A stretch of DNA of 64,000 bases from Sphingobacteriales bacterium (GCA_021297855.1 JAJTHM010000049.1:6531-70530), one strand, 5' to 3'; shown: positions 46,447 to 56,299, numbered from the stretch's first letter. Translations and numbers: made by a program. The notes: generated by a model not told the origin, from the sequence alone.

Positions 46447-46688
46447 TTGCTATATTTATCGTGAAGAGACTGGAGATGTGAGTCTGAATTAAAATCGTGG
46501 ATTTGTGGGCTATTTTCACCTAAAACTAACTCATCTATGAGAAAACTTGATTTTTTAAGATCTAATTCCAATAAACGCAAAGCCGAATTAATGACCTCTG
46601 AGGTAGAGCTGTATTTCCCACTTTCCACTTCCCTTTTAATAAAATTCTCGTAATAACTGCTTAGTTCAATTTTAGTGTCTAATTCCAT
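46443..46688 (-). CDS. parD: type II antitoxin, ParD (COG3609, RHH) family
   Basis: FIKREVESGKYSSTSEVINSALRLLE is the hallmark ParD1 motif. At 81 aa, it lies directly upstream of parE. Confidence 0.8.
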   Translation of the reverse strand: MELDTKIELSSYYENFIKREVESGKYSSTSEVINSALRLLELDLKKSSFLIDELVLGENSPQIHDFNSDSHLQSLHDKYSK

Positions 46689-46756
46689 ACCTTTTTATTT
46701 AATACAAAAATAAGCCATATTATTTTATTAAACCTCTTTCATAGAGCTCCTTGTTG

Positions 46757-49700
46757 TCATCTCACCAGATGAAATGTCCCCGCATAAGTCCTTCGAGCCT
46801 GATTTAAGAGGATGACCTCGGCGAAATAGCTGTATGAACCCAGTGGAACTGCTTCTCCCTTATAGCTTCCATCCCATTTCTGCTGGAGATTATCAGAGGC
46901 ATAGACCTTCTCGCCCCATCGGTTATAGATAGCTATGTTATAGGATAAAATGTTTTCTACGTTAGGAAAATATTCATCATTCGTGCCATCCCCATTCGGA
47001 CTGAAGGCGGTAGGAAAACCCACGGCCCAGCTATCGTAGATATTGACCACAACATCCTTATAGGCTTTACAGCCCTGTGCATCAGTGAATTCTAACCGCA
47101 CCACAGCACTATTATCTAGCTTGAATTTAGCTGATCGACAACTATCGCATTGGAATATATGCGAAGGACTCCAGCGATACTTGCCACCAACATCGCTTGG
47201 TTTTATCTGTGGGTTGAGGAGGAGAAGCTCTCCCTTATAGTTGCTTATCTCATCTTCCAGGATGATTTCTGTATCATTATGATATTTTACTTTGGCAGAA
47301 TCTCTCCCTTTGCAATTCGCCGTATCGGTAAAGCTCAGTTTATATTCCCCTTCATTCTTTACTAGAATAGATGGCGATAATTCTCCCGTGCTCCAGAGAT
47401 AGTCTCTATGCCCTAACCCTGCATCTAGGATAGCTTCAGAACCTCGACAGATAGCGGTATCCTTTAGTTTTTTTATGATTCTAGGATTGCGAAGTGTGAG
47501 GACGAGAGTCCGAATACTATCACAACCCACAGCATTAAGAAGAGTATCGAGGTAAGTGCCTGCTTGGGTTTTTCCTTCATGGCTTTCGCCACGGCAGATT
47601 TCTTGGTTGAGGGTGAAATAACTCTTTTTGTTTACGGTGAGATTTAGTGTTCGGGTGCTATCACAGCCATTCGAAGCGGTGAGGATATCGCTATGCGTGC
47701 CTGTAGTGCTATGCCCCCAATAACTCTGTCCCTCGCAGATAGCTTGGGTATAGCTCGAACTGCTAGGCTCTTTGATAGTGAGCTTAATGACTCTGTAGGT
47801 GACACAGCCCTGTGTGCTGGTCAGCGTATCGTAGTAGGTACCTGCGGCGGTATAACCTGCTAAGCTCTGCCCTCGGCAGATAGCGGTGTCTATGAGCTGG
47901 TTTTTAGGTATCACAGTGAGGTTTAGCTGGCGGATACTATCGCAGCCATTCGACCCTGTGAAGGTATCTCGATAGCTACCGGATACAGAGCGACCATAGA
48001 CCGATACCCCTTCACAGACGGTAGAGTCTATCGTTTTTATATTCTGCGGACGCACGGTGAGGTAGAGGGTATGCACACTATCGCATTTCAGGGGGTCTGG
48101 ATAGTTATAGCTATACGTGCCACTCGTATTCTTACCCATATAGCTGGCACCATAGCAGATAGTCTTAGTTTCTGAGCTCGTGCGGGGAGGACTCACTACG
48201 ATAGGCACTGTGAGGGAGTCGAGCTGACTCTCACAGCGGTAGCCATAGGCGATTATTTTATAGCTCTTATTCGCTGTAGGCTTGAGCCAGATTTCTGCAC
48301 CTCCTGCCACTGTGCGGATACTGACATCGCTACCAGTAGGTATGACTCGAAGGCTATCATAGCCCGCTCGCACCTTGACCACCGTACTATCTCCTACACA
48401 GATTTTATACTTTATATTCCGATCGATAAACTTCTCCGACAGGCTATAATTTATGCAGCTATAGTCGGGGTCGTAGCGCCACATATCGTTACCAAATGCA
48501 TAGTTACCAGGGAGTGTAGGATCTGAATAATCCATCACATTATACTCTCTCCCTCCGAATAGATAAAGCCTATCTTGATTATCGGACCACATCATTGCAA
48601 AAGTTCTCGCTGGTGGTTTATTGACTAGGTTGGATACTCCTTTTTGACCATAATTATAGGTGGTATCTCCGAGCTTTCCATAAACCCACATCCATCTATT
48701 TTCATTCGGCTTATAGAGCCAGAGGTCGTTAAAAAAACTATTGGATGTACCAGTATAATCCGTACCCGAATAATACCACATAGAATTATTACATACCCTC
48801 GTACTGACACTATTAGCCTGTACCCTCGATGCTGGAAATAAACCTGGGCTATCGACACAAGTCTGACTGGAATAGACACCTGGATGGTTCGGGCTGGTAT
48901 TCGTCACCCCGCTGAGCCAAGTCCATAAACCTGTGCTCACATCATATTCCCATAACTCAGATAATTGATACCCAATAGTTGGCTCTTGATAAAGACCCCC
49001 CACATAGTATAATTTTGACCCCTTGACCCAGCTTGCCTTTGATGCATAATTGCCAAGAGGCCAATTGGATGCAGAGGCTACTCCTTTAGTACCATAGCTA
49101 TAATAACACGGAGGACAGGCACCTCCTCCATGCCAGATCCATTGACCAGTAGTCATATTATACTCCCATAATTCATTTGTGCTAGTAGAAGTATCTTTAC
49201 TGCCCCCAAATAAAAAAGCACGATGCTGATATGTCCAGCAAACTGCACCCCACTTTCTTTGAGGCGGCCAATTAGAAGAAGAACTTACGCCTTTACTGCC
49301 ATAACTTGAATAATTCATGCGATAGTCAATAACGCTAAACCTCTTAGAAACAACATCAAACTTGATAATCAAAGTACAATAAGTAAAATTAGTAAAAATT
49401 TGATGAAAATACCATAAATTTCCAAGGCTATCTGACCAGTAAGGACTTTCTAAATAATTCATTGTTTTTCTTAATAATGGTAGAAAAGAATCAGGCAGTG
49501 AGCCGTCGATATACATCGTATCATAGCCAGCCTCCCATGTCCAGCTATTCGTACGATAATTATATGACCAGACTTCGAAGGTATCCAGTATAGTGGAGCT
49601 CGAAACTGGTCTGCGACTACCTAGTATCCAGAACTTATCCTTGGCGTCCTTCCAATTGAGTCCATACCATAGGGTACGAGGAGGAGAGTTTGTACTGGCT

Positions 49701-49858
49701 TCTACTCCTTTCATACCTCGGACTGCCTTTACCGCATTATAAATAGAACCATTAAACTGAGTCACCGAATCGCCATGCAGCCATGTCCAGGTACCCTGAC
49801 CCTTGGCTATATGGTAGCCAATAGTCAGTAGGAATAGTATGGATAGGCGAAACTTCAT
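46757..49858 (-). CDS. secreted Kelch-repeat / five-fold Cys-repeat / T9SS type-B (CHU_C) C-terminal-domain protein (intact paralog)
   Basis: It has a signal peptide. The Kelch-like blades are repeated (NELWEYNMTTGQWIWHGG, SELWEYDVSTGLWTWLSG, NDLWLYKPNENRWMWVYG, NDMWRYDP). There are five ~45-aa repeats, C.G.SY.G....GTY.DT.....GCDS..TL.LTV. The C-terminus FPTAFSPNGDGTNDEYFP...YNRWGEKVY is the gliding-motility C-terminal domain. Confidence 0.88.
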   Translation of the reverse strand: MKFRLSILFLLTIGYHIAKGQGTWTWLHGDSVTQFNGSIYNAVKAVRGMKGVEASTNSPPRTLWYGLNWKDAKDKFWILGSRRPVSSSTILDTFEVWSYNYRTNSWTWEAGYDTMYIDGSLPDSFLPLLRKTMNYLESPYWSDSLGNLWYFHQIFTNFTYCTLIIKFDVVSKRFSVIDYRMNYSSYGSKGVSSSSNWPPQRKWGAVCWTYQHRAFLFGGSKDTSTSTNELWEYNMTTGQWIWHGGGACPPCYYSYGTKGVASASNWPLGNYASKASWVKGSKLYYVGGLYQEPTIGYQLSELWEYDVSTGLWTWLSGVTNTSPNHPGVYSSQTCVDSPGLFPASRVQANSVSTRVCNNSMWYYSGTDYTGTSNSFFNDLWLYKPNENRWMWVYGKLGDTTYNYGQKGVSNLVNKPPARTFAMMWSDNQDRLYLFGGREYNVMDYSDPTLPGNYAFGNDMWRYDPDYSCINYSLSEKFIDRNIKYKICVGDSTVVKVRAGYDSLRVIPTGSDVSIRTVAGGAEIWLKPTANKSYKIIAYGYRCESQLDSLTVPIVVSPPRTSSETKTICYGASYMGKNTSGTYSYNYPDPLKCDSVHTLYLTVRPQNIKTIDSTVCEGVSVYGRSVSGSYRDTFTGSNGCDSIRQLNLTVIPKNQLIDTAICRGQSLAGYTAAGTYYDTLTSTQGCVTYRVIKLTIKEPSSSSYTQAICEGQSYWGHSTTGTHSDILTASNGCDSTRTLNLTVNKKSYFTLNQEICRGESHEGKTQAGTYLDTLLNAVGCDSIRTLVLTLRNPRIIKKLKDTAICRGSEAILDAGLGHRDYLWSTGELSPSILVKNEGEYKLSFTDTANCKGRDSAKVKYHNDTEIILEDEISNYKGELLLLNPQIKPSDVGGKYRWSPSHIFQCDSCRSAKFKLDNSAVVRLEFTDAQGCKAYKDVVVNIYDSWAVGFPTAFSPNGDGTNDEYFPNVENILSYNIAIYNRWGEKVYASDNLQQKWDGSYKGEAVPLGSYSYFAEVILLNQARRTYAGTFHLVR

Positions 49859-49885
49859 AATAGACTGGCGCTGGTTAGATGCTAA

Positions 49886-52800
49886 TTATTCCTCGGATAT
49901 GGTTAATTTCTTGGTCAAGCTCAAGCCCAATGGGTGGTAAATCTGCACAATATAATTGCCAATAGGCAGCTGAGTTTGCACTTCTACATGTTTATTTTTC
50001 AGTGCTTGATTAGCCGAATAGACCCTCCTACCCGTCAGTTCCGAAATATGGACTTCTACATATTCTATCTCTACAGATATCTCATCAAAAGCCAATCTAA
50101 ATTCCCCTCTATTTGGATTGGGATAGAGCTGACAGCTAGGATTCAAAGCCTGTTCTTTTTTATTTGCACCCGCTAATTTAGGGAGGTTGCAGATAAGTTT
50201 ACAATTATCATCCACAGCAGGTGCAGTCAAAGGAGTAAATCCGCTAGGTAATGTACCTGGATAATAACTAAAACTAGGTGCGAAAGGAGGATTAGACGTA
50301 CAGAAAGGAAAAGGAGCAATGCAGCCCAATGGCCACGCGCTAAAACTTAATCCTCCCAAACTAATATCTACAGGAGGTCCAGAGTTATTATTTATAAAAT
50401 TAGCCGCTAGCATACTACAATAAAATTTATTGGACAGCCCTCGAATGACGGAACCACCTGTATAATTCTGGAATACTGCTCCAAACTCTTTAGATACAAA
50501 ATTATTAGTCAGCAATTCGAAATTGGTATGGGCTCCATCGTGATAGGTACCTGCCTGGGTATAGAGGTCGTTGCAGCTCAGTTTGAGATTGTTAGGGGTA
50601 TTGGTTCTTATTCCTATAGGGGAGGAATTGGTAGCAAAAGCCCCACTTATTGCTCCAGTAGTAGTCACACCGTGGCTAGTGAGATAGCCCATATAGATGG
50701 TATTGCCTTCCGCATTATAGTTTTGAACAGTCTGTAAATAGATACCAGCATGGGTAAAACTCGAAGTGGTATTAAATATAGCGAGATTGTTATTTTTTAC
50801 AAAATAACGGTTGGTATTCGAGCTGCCATTCACATTATTGATATGTATGCCATAGCGCGAGTATTTCACTGTGAGGTTGTTATTTGCTATTTCATTGAGG
50901 GTATTGTTAGCCATATTGACATTGGAGCCAGTGATGGTTAATAGCGCACCACTTGTATTAGCTGAGCCCCCACTAGGTAAGTCATCATTGATAAAATTAT
51001 TCTTGACATGAATGATATCATTCGCTTTAGCAGTAATATGAATAGGAATCTTAGCAGTGATGGTATTATTTGTTATTTTGGATTCTACAGCAGCAGTGCT
51101 CGTTCGCTCTATGCGGATAGCGGTTTCAGGGAGGTTGTTTATTATGATACTATTCATGTCTAGGTTCATATCTTGCGCATAGACACCGTGTCTTACATTT
51201 TGCATATCCTGTAACCAAGTGCCATAGCCATTGATAGTGAGCTTATCGCCTGTACTGGCACTTCCTGTGCCATAAATAGCATAGCCATAAAGTGCAAAGC
51301 TGGAGGGAGTAGGAATAGAACCAATGCCCAGATTTTCAAATTTACAGTCGGTGATGATGCGGTGACCTTTGTGGGTCAGTATTCCATTAGCCATATTTTT
51401 GAAATAATTGGGGCTTGGGCTTGAGCCTATACCTATGCTAGAAAAGCTAAAGCTGCCGTTATGATTCAGGACAGTAGCTGCATAGCTACCCCAGTTGGAG
51501 GCGTTATAGCTTTTTTCTAAAGTGGATATCAAACTACTTGGATAAAAGGCAGCACTATAGGGCTTTATTGTTACAGCTCCTTCAAATCGATTGCCAGAGA
51601 AATATTCAGGAATAAAAGGACCTAATGCTGAGATTCTCGTTTGGTCAAGGTTGATGTGCGGCGCATTGATTCGAATACCTATAAAATTATTCCTGAACGT
51701 ATTGCCACTCATAGGCAGATAAAAATTTCCTGCAGTATGCCCTATTGCGGGCTCTATAGCTATGGCTGCATACATATCTTCCAGCGTAGAATTCTGCGGA
51801 TAAAAATAATCTCCGGCCTGGGTCATCACGATACCTCTCGCCATAAAATCGCCGCAGGTGTGGATGGTAGAGTTTATCAGCTGCATACCAGCTTGCGCAG
51901 ACGGGCTGGCGATGGTCGTTTTTTGTCCCATAGTGGTATAGACCATATCGCAGTTAGTTAAAGTCCATGGCTTGGTTATAGTAAAGTCATTGGCAAATCT
52001 CAATATGGAATTGGAATATGAAGTCTGAAACCCAGGAGTATTGTCTGATGTCGCAGAAATTAATTCGATATTGGGGTCAACTTGAAATCTTCTACTGCAT
52101 CCATTAGCATCAGTTACTTCTAGAATGTATGAACCAACATTCACATAGGTATTGCCTGTATGCAAAACGGTATTGCCCGTCAATCCAAACCATTTATAGT
52201 TATAGTCGGCTTGACCTCCGCTCGCCGTAGCTATATATTCTACATATAAGAGCGAAGAATGAGTAAAACAATTTACTAATTTTCGCTTAATAGAAACCTC
52301 TATAGGTGAGGTGTTATTGACCGTATAGGATTGAGATGAGGTGCATCCAAAATTGTCTGTAGCCGTCACAGTATAGCTCTGACTGGCTCCTATTGGATCT
52401 AGATTGGTTAAATCCTGTGTAGTAGCTCCATTACTCCATAAATAGGTATAGCTGTGGATAGGTGCTAATGCAATGTCTATAGCGCCTAGATTATTCCCTG
52501 TGGTGGTGCATGTCCTATGTGTTATGTTGGACGTATAGGTAGGTGGTCTTGAGAATTTAATATCTTGGGTTGCACGCTGAGTACATTGATTTCTTGTAAT
52601 GTCTACATCTATTTTAGAGGTATAGATACCATTAGCGGATGTGTAGTTAATGATTTGTGTCGTCGAATTGCCAAAATAAGGCTGAGATGTTAAGTTTTCT
52701 TTCCAAATATAATTAGAACCATTTGATGGCGTAGCATTCATAGTAATGTTGCCTCCTGTACAGGTAAGTATAGGATTCGCAGCCAAGGAAGGTGTAAAGC

Positions 52801-52948
52801 CATTATTTAGCCATATAGGTGTCAATAGATTTATAGGTGGGCAGGTAACCAGTGGATCGGTTGTGGATAATTCTGAATTTAGAACTAATGGGCATTTGTT
52901 TGTAGTTACTACCGGAAGCTGAACAGTCGTACACGCACTCGAGGCCAA
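49886..52948 (-). CDS. C-terminal segment (SprB-like repeats, parallel-beta-helix-like region, T9SS type-A CTD) of a large split adhesin-like gene
   Basis: It has no signal peptide, and a TTG is the only available start. It carries a SprB-type repeat (C..TGNNLGAIDIAL....YTYLWSNGATTQDL...YTVTATDNFGC) and long N/G/T/I-rich beta-helix-like repeats. It ends LYPNPNRGEFRLAF...GNYIVQIY...KKLTISEE (type-A sorting domain). Its frame stays open upstream to 53071. Confidence 0.7.
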   Translation of the reverse strand: MASSACTTVQLPVVTTNKCPLVLNSELSTTDPLVTCPPINLLTPIWLNNGFTPSLAANPILTCTGGNITMNATPSNGSNYIWKENLTSQPYFGNSTTQIINYTSANGIYTSKIDVDITRNQCTQRATQDIKFSRPPTYTSNITHRTCTTTGNNLGAIDIALAPIHSYTYLWSNGATTQDLTNLDPIGASQSYTVTATDNFGCTSSQSYTVNNTSPIEVSIKRKLVNCFTHSSLLYVEYIATASGGQADYNYKWFGLTGNTVLHTGNTYVNVGSYILEVTDANGCSRRFQVDPNIELISATSDNTPGFQTSYSNSILRFANDFTITKPWTLTNCDMVYTTMGQKTTIASPSAQAGMQLINSTIHTCGDFMARGIVMTQAGDYFYPQNSTLEDMYAAIAIEPAIGHTAGNFYLPMSGNTFRNNFIGIRINAPHINLDQTRISALGPFIPEYFSGNRFEGAVTIKPYSAAFYPSSLISTLEKSYNASNWGSYAATVLNHNGSFSFSSIGIGSSPSPNYFKNMANGILTHKGHRIITDCKFENLGIGSIPTPSSFALYGYAIYGTGSASTGDKLTINGYGTWLQDMQNVRHGVYAQDMNLDMNSIIINNLPETAIRIERTSTAAVESKITNNTITAKIPIHITAKANDIIHVKNNFINDDLPSGGSANTSGALLTITGSNVNMANNTLNEIANNNLTVKYSRYGIHINNVNGSSNTNRYFVKNNNLAIFNTTSSFTHAGIYLQTVQNYNAEGNTIYMGYLTSHGVTTTGAISGAFATNSSPIGIRTNTPNNLKLSCNDLYTQAGTYHDGAHTNFELLTNNFVSKEFGAVFQNYTGGSVIRGLSNKFYCSMLAANFINNNSGPPVDISLGGLSFSAWPLGCIAPFPFCTSNPPFAPSFSYYPGTLPSGFTPLTAPAVDDNCKLICNLPKLAGANKKEQALNPSCQLYPNPNRGEFRLAFDEISVEIEYVEVHISELTGRRVYSANQALKNKHVEVQTQLPIGNYIVQIYHPLGLSLTKKLTISEE

Positions 52949-53022
52949 ACTAGGAATGGTATATTCATACCAGTTTCCACCTATCGCCGTCCAGCCCGAT
53001 GGCAGCGGGAAAGGATTAAATA

Positions 53023-54870
53023 TTAATGGGTTAAGTATGTTTTTATTTTTATATCCGTTACTGTATTCGGATTATGGTTACATACTTCCGAATAAATATT
53101 ATCATTCATTGTCCCCGGAGAATTGACTGCAAATTGACTCAGCGTTAAATCTTTTTGATACAAATCTATCGCTGCGCTCTCTTGACAGCCATTGGCATAG
53201 GTCAAGGTTACGGTGTAGCTTCCAGGCGCACTGGTTGTTACGGTAGAGTTTGTTCCTAGATTAAATGGAAAATTCATCCAATCATAATCAGTAATATCAG
53301 GATTAGTCACAGAGAGAGTCACAGGCACACCCTGACATATATCTGTAGAAGGAGAAGCTACTATCACATCATTATAGGGAGGCTGTATAGAAGCCGTAAA
53401 ACTAGCCATACACTCTCCTATAGACTCTTCGTGAAAGCATCTCACTTCGTATGTGCCTCCATCAAACCCGCATATATCCAGTTCACAAGTCGTAGCTCCT
53501 ACTATGAGATTATTATCCTTATACCATTCAAATCGTTTATTTCCTAATACTAATCTTTCATTCACTTTTAATGTTAAACATTCACCGTTGCAGAGAGGAA
53601 TATTAGTTAAACTGGCTAATGGGGTCGTAGAGGTACTAGGCTTAAATGCTTGCAATTCCTCGAAATAGGGGCAAGTAGTTTCATCTAAGTCATCTTGAAT
53701 ATCTTCTGGACACCAGTGCTTATAATCTTCTTTATATCGAACTAAACAGCCCGCATCTGCCACAGGATTTGTGAAAGATCTCACTTCAAAATTTAAAGTT
53801 TCATTTAAATTTTCTTCGACTCTCTCCGCCTCGTATGCTCCGACAACTAACTCTATAGGAAATAAAACGTCGCATGGGGTTGCTAAATTCAGATTTTGAG
53901 TTGTCAGTTCTAACAAATTAATAGTATTCATAGATATACCTTGTGATTGGGTACCAGGTATACCGTTGGATAGCTCTGCTGTAGATGCCATATAGAAGGT
54001 ATTATTTGTGTTATTATAAGTAAATACCCTATAATTTGTATTAACAAAACTATTCGACTTTTGCAAGGGGGCAATAGTCTCTACATCTTTGTGCCCTCTA
54101 GTGTTCATTGCCCCATAATTATTCAAAGTTGGAGAAGTATAGTCAACGAGTACCGTGAAATCTCTAATTGTTGGTTGTGTTCCAAGAGGAGGAATAGCGT
54201 AAAAATAGCCTCCAATGGCATAATATTGATTATCTATTACTCTTATTGTAGAAAACTGCGCGAAGCCTGCGACCGGAGTATTAGTCATACGGTTTAGTAT
54301 AGAAAATTGGTCAAAAGTATTATGCAATGTCCGATTAAGATTAGCGTCGAATCTCATAACGCCACCCTTTCCAGCTCCAGGATGGTGGGACATATATACT
54401 ACGTATAGTTCGCCAGCATGCTCCGACATATTAAGAAACATTATCTCAGGATTCATAAATGAACCAAATCCTGGTATAGGAACCAATCCATTATATTTAA
54501 TCGTTAGACCGTCGCTCCATCTGCCAATAATTGGTTGTTCATTATGTTGACCACAGAAGTATATATCTCCATTAAAATCAATAATATCATTAATAAATCC
54601 TTGACTAGGGACAGGAGGCATAGTTCTTACTTCAACTGCGGCGCATCCTGTTGTCGAGATACATGTGTTATCACTAGTTAAATAGCCTGCTGGAATTCGC
54701 GCAACGAAAGGGCTACTCATTCGTAATCCATCGTGTATAAAACCAGAAGCATAAAGATCTCCGCGAGCTTCCAAAACCTTTGTTACAACTACAGCAGACA
54801 TTGTTGAACCTACTGAAACAAGGAAAGGAGTTAACAGAATATGGATATCACGGTTAATTGAATTATCCAT
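53023..54870 (-). CDS. middle segment of the split adhesin-like gene
   Basis: The 615-aa ORF has no signal peptide or sorting domain. The C-terminal third has Ig/PKD-like Cys-containing repeats (GTYEVRC, GSYTVTLTYANGC). Its frame is open upstream to 54927, into the preceding ORF. Confidence 0.65.
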   Translation of the reverse strand: MDNSINRDIHILLTPFLVSVGSTMSAVVVTKVLEARGDLYASGFIHDGLRMSSPFVARIPAGYLTSDNTCISTTGCAAVEVRTMPPVPSQGFINDIIDFNGDIYFCGQHNEQPIIGRWSDGLTIKYNGLVPIPGFGSFMNPEIMFLNMSEHAGELYVVYMSHHPGAGKGGVMRFDANLNRTLHNTFDQFSILNRMTNTPVAGFAQFSTIRVIDNQYYAIGGYFYAIPPLGTQPTIRDFTVLVDYTSPTLNNYGAMNTRGHKDVETIAPLQKSNSFVNTNYRVFTYNNTNNTFYMASTAELSNGIPGTQSQGISMNTINLLELTTQNLNLATPCDVLFPIELVVGAYEAERVEENLNETLNFEVRSFTNPVADAGCLVRYKEDYKHWCPEDIQDDLDETTCPYFEELQAFKPSTSTTPLASLTNIPLCNGECLTLKVNERLVLGNKRFEWYKDNNLIVGATTCELDICGFDGGTYEVRCFHEESIGECMASFTASIQPPYNDVIVASPSTDICQGVPVTLSVTNPDITDYDWMNFPFNLGTNSTVTTSAPGSYTVTLTYANGCQESAAIDLYQKDLTLSQFAVNSPGTMNDNIYSEVCNHNPNTVTDIKIKTYLTH

Positions 54871-54907
54871 TTCATATTGTTTTATCAGTCCAGAGCCTTG
54901 TCTACCA

Positions 54908-55300
54908 TTATATAAGAGGCCCCCCAGTTAACATTCTATTCCCATTTGAAAGAACAGTACTTACAACTTGAGCACCCGCAGGTCCCTGAGTGACCAGATC
55001 CATATATCCATATTTAATCTCTCTTGTCCAGTGCTGATTTAGATCTTGCTGGTGAACTTTAATAAATTTCCTATTGAGTGTTAAATCATTAATAGTAGAA
55101 GATGAATTTACAAAATTTCCATCTTGGGAGACATCAGAATGTTGCATATAATAGTCCGGACTGGGCGTAATTCCAAAAGGTGGGGTCTGACCCCAGTTAG
55201 TCCCATAATGATAATTATCTAAAGTAGGATTGTTACAACCTTGCCCATTATACTGGGCAACAAAGAAATTAATTAAAAATAAACATGCGATTTTTTTCAT
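54908..55300 (-). CDS. N-terminal segment (Sec signal peptide) of the split adhesin-like gene
   Basis: The ATG at 55300 gives MKKIACLFLINFFVAQYNGQ, a clear signal peptide. The ORF ends 13-18 nt after a G6 run on the coding strand (C6 at 54920-25 on the + strand). Confidence 0.6.
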   Translation of the reverse strand: MKKIACLFLINFFVAQYNGQGCNNPTLDNYHYGTNWGQTPPFGITPSPDYYMQHSDVSQDGNFVNSSSTINDLTLNRKFIKVHQQDLNQHWTREIKYGYMDLVTQGPAGAQVVSTVLSNGNRMLTGGPLI

Positions 55301-55543
55301 AAGATTGGTTTTTTTAGGTTTATGCATTAACACAAAGATAAAGGATAGAAATTTAATATTCAACACTATAATTTATCTTGTAAAATATTCCACTTCCCCC
55401 TAATCCTTCCTAGTCATCTATACTAAGTTAAAAAATAACTAGCATACCCAGCTTGCTAAAATATCTATCTAAAATTCACGTTCTCATAATGTTATTGGAG
55501 TCACAAGGCTCTTATTTTTTAACCCTTTAAAAATTTTACTACC

Positions 55544-56278
55544 ATGACAGCATTTATCGAAACTGGTCACGCCAGAAATCTCTCGAGTTTACAGCAGTTG
55601 ATAGCAGCCTCTATAGGATATGGATCAGCTTATGCACCCTCGGTCACTAATCTTTCTATCACAGAACTCACCACATGTCATACGAATGGTCAGGCACTTT
55701 TAGCTGATGTATTAGCTAAAAAGACGGACTATCGGGCAGCTATCAATATGCGTATAGAGGCATTTGCACTTCTTCGAAAAAAATCTACTCGAATTTTAAA
55801 CGCACTAAAAGCCTCTGGTGCTAGTGCTGAGGTAGTAGCGAACGCTAGAGAGTATCATCGCAAGATACAAGGAAGCCGAGCTTCCAAGCCACCCACTAGC
55901 TCGCCAGACCCCAATGCACCAGTCCCTAAAACCATTAGTAATAGTCAACAGTCCTTTGATCAGCTCATACAGCATCTCGCTGGGTTGATATCCGTAGTCA
56001 ATATAGCGGCTACATATGCCCCCAATGAAACTGATCTCAAGGTAGCGAGTCTGAACACATATAAGTTAGATTTGGATTCTAAAAACTCAGATGTCAATAC
56101 GACCTATGTCGCCGTCACTAACGTTCGGTTAGCGCGTGATAAAAAAATGTATTCCGACTCAGATAGTGCTTATATTCGATTCACTGCGGTAAAATCTTAC
56201 ATCAGATCGGTATTCGGTGCTACAAGTTCAGAATACAGGCAGATCAGCGTACTAGCCTTCAAAAAACCAAAAAACTAA
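55544..56278 (+). CDS. hypothetical protein (no recognisable domain)
   Basis: It is a 244-aa ORF with an ATG start and is the only + strand gene in this neighbourhood. It is followed 20 nt later by a strong intrinsic terminator. Its Ala/Ser/Thr-rich composition is unlike neighbouring genes. Confidence 0.55.
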   Translation: MTAFIETGHARNLSSLQQLIAASIGYGSAYAPSVTNLSITELTTCHTNGQALLADVLAKKTDYRAAINMRIEAFALLRKKSTRILNALKASGASAEVVANAREYHRKIQGSRASKPPTSSPDPNAPVPKTISNSQQSFDQLIQHLAGLISVVNIAATYAPNETDLKVASLNTYKLDLDSKNSDVNTTYVAVTNVRLARDKKMYSDSDSAYIRFTAVKSYIRSVFGATSSEYRQISVLAFKKPKN

Positions 56279-56299
56279 CTCCCTTTGTCATCACTATTC

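Noticed and set aside
53026-53071. Programmed -1 ribosomal frameshift at A-AAA-A in the ORF2/ORF3 overlap of the split adhesin gene.
   Set aside because: There is no canonical X-XXY-YYZ heptamer with an obvious downstream stimulatory structure. The same gene would also need a separate +1 event at the G6 tract. Mutation, phase variation or sequencing error is more parsimonious.
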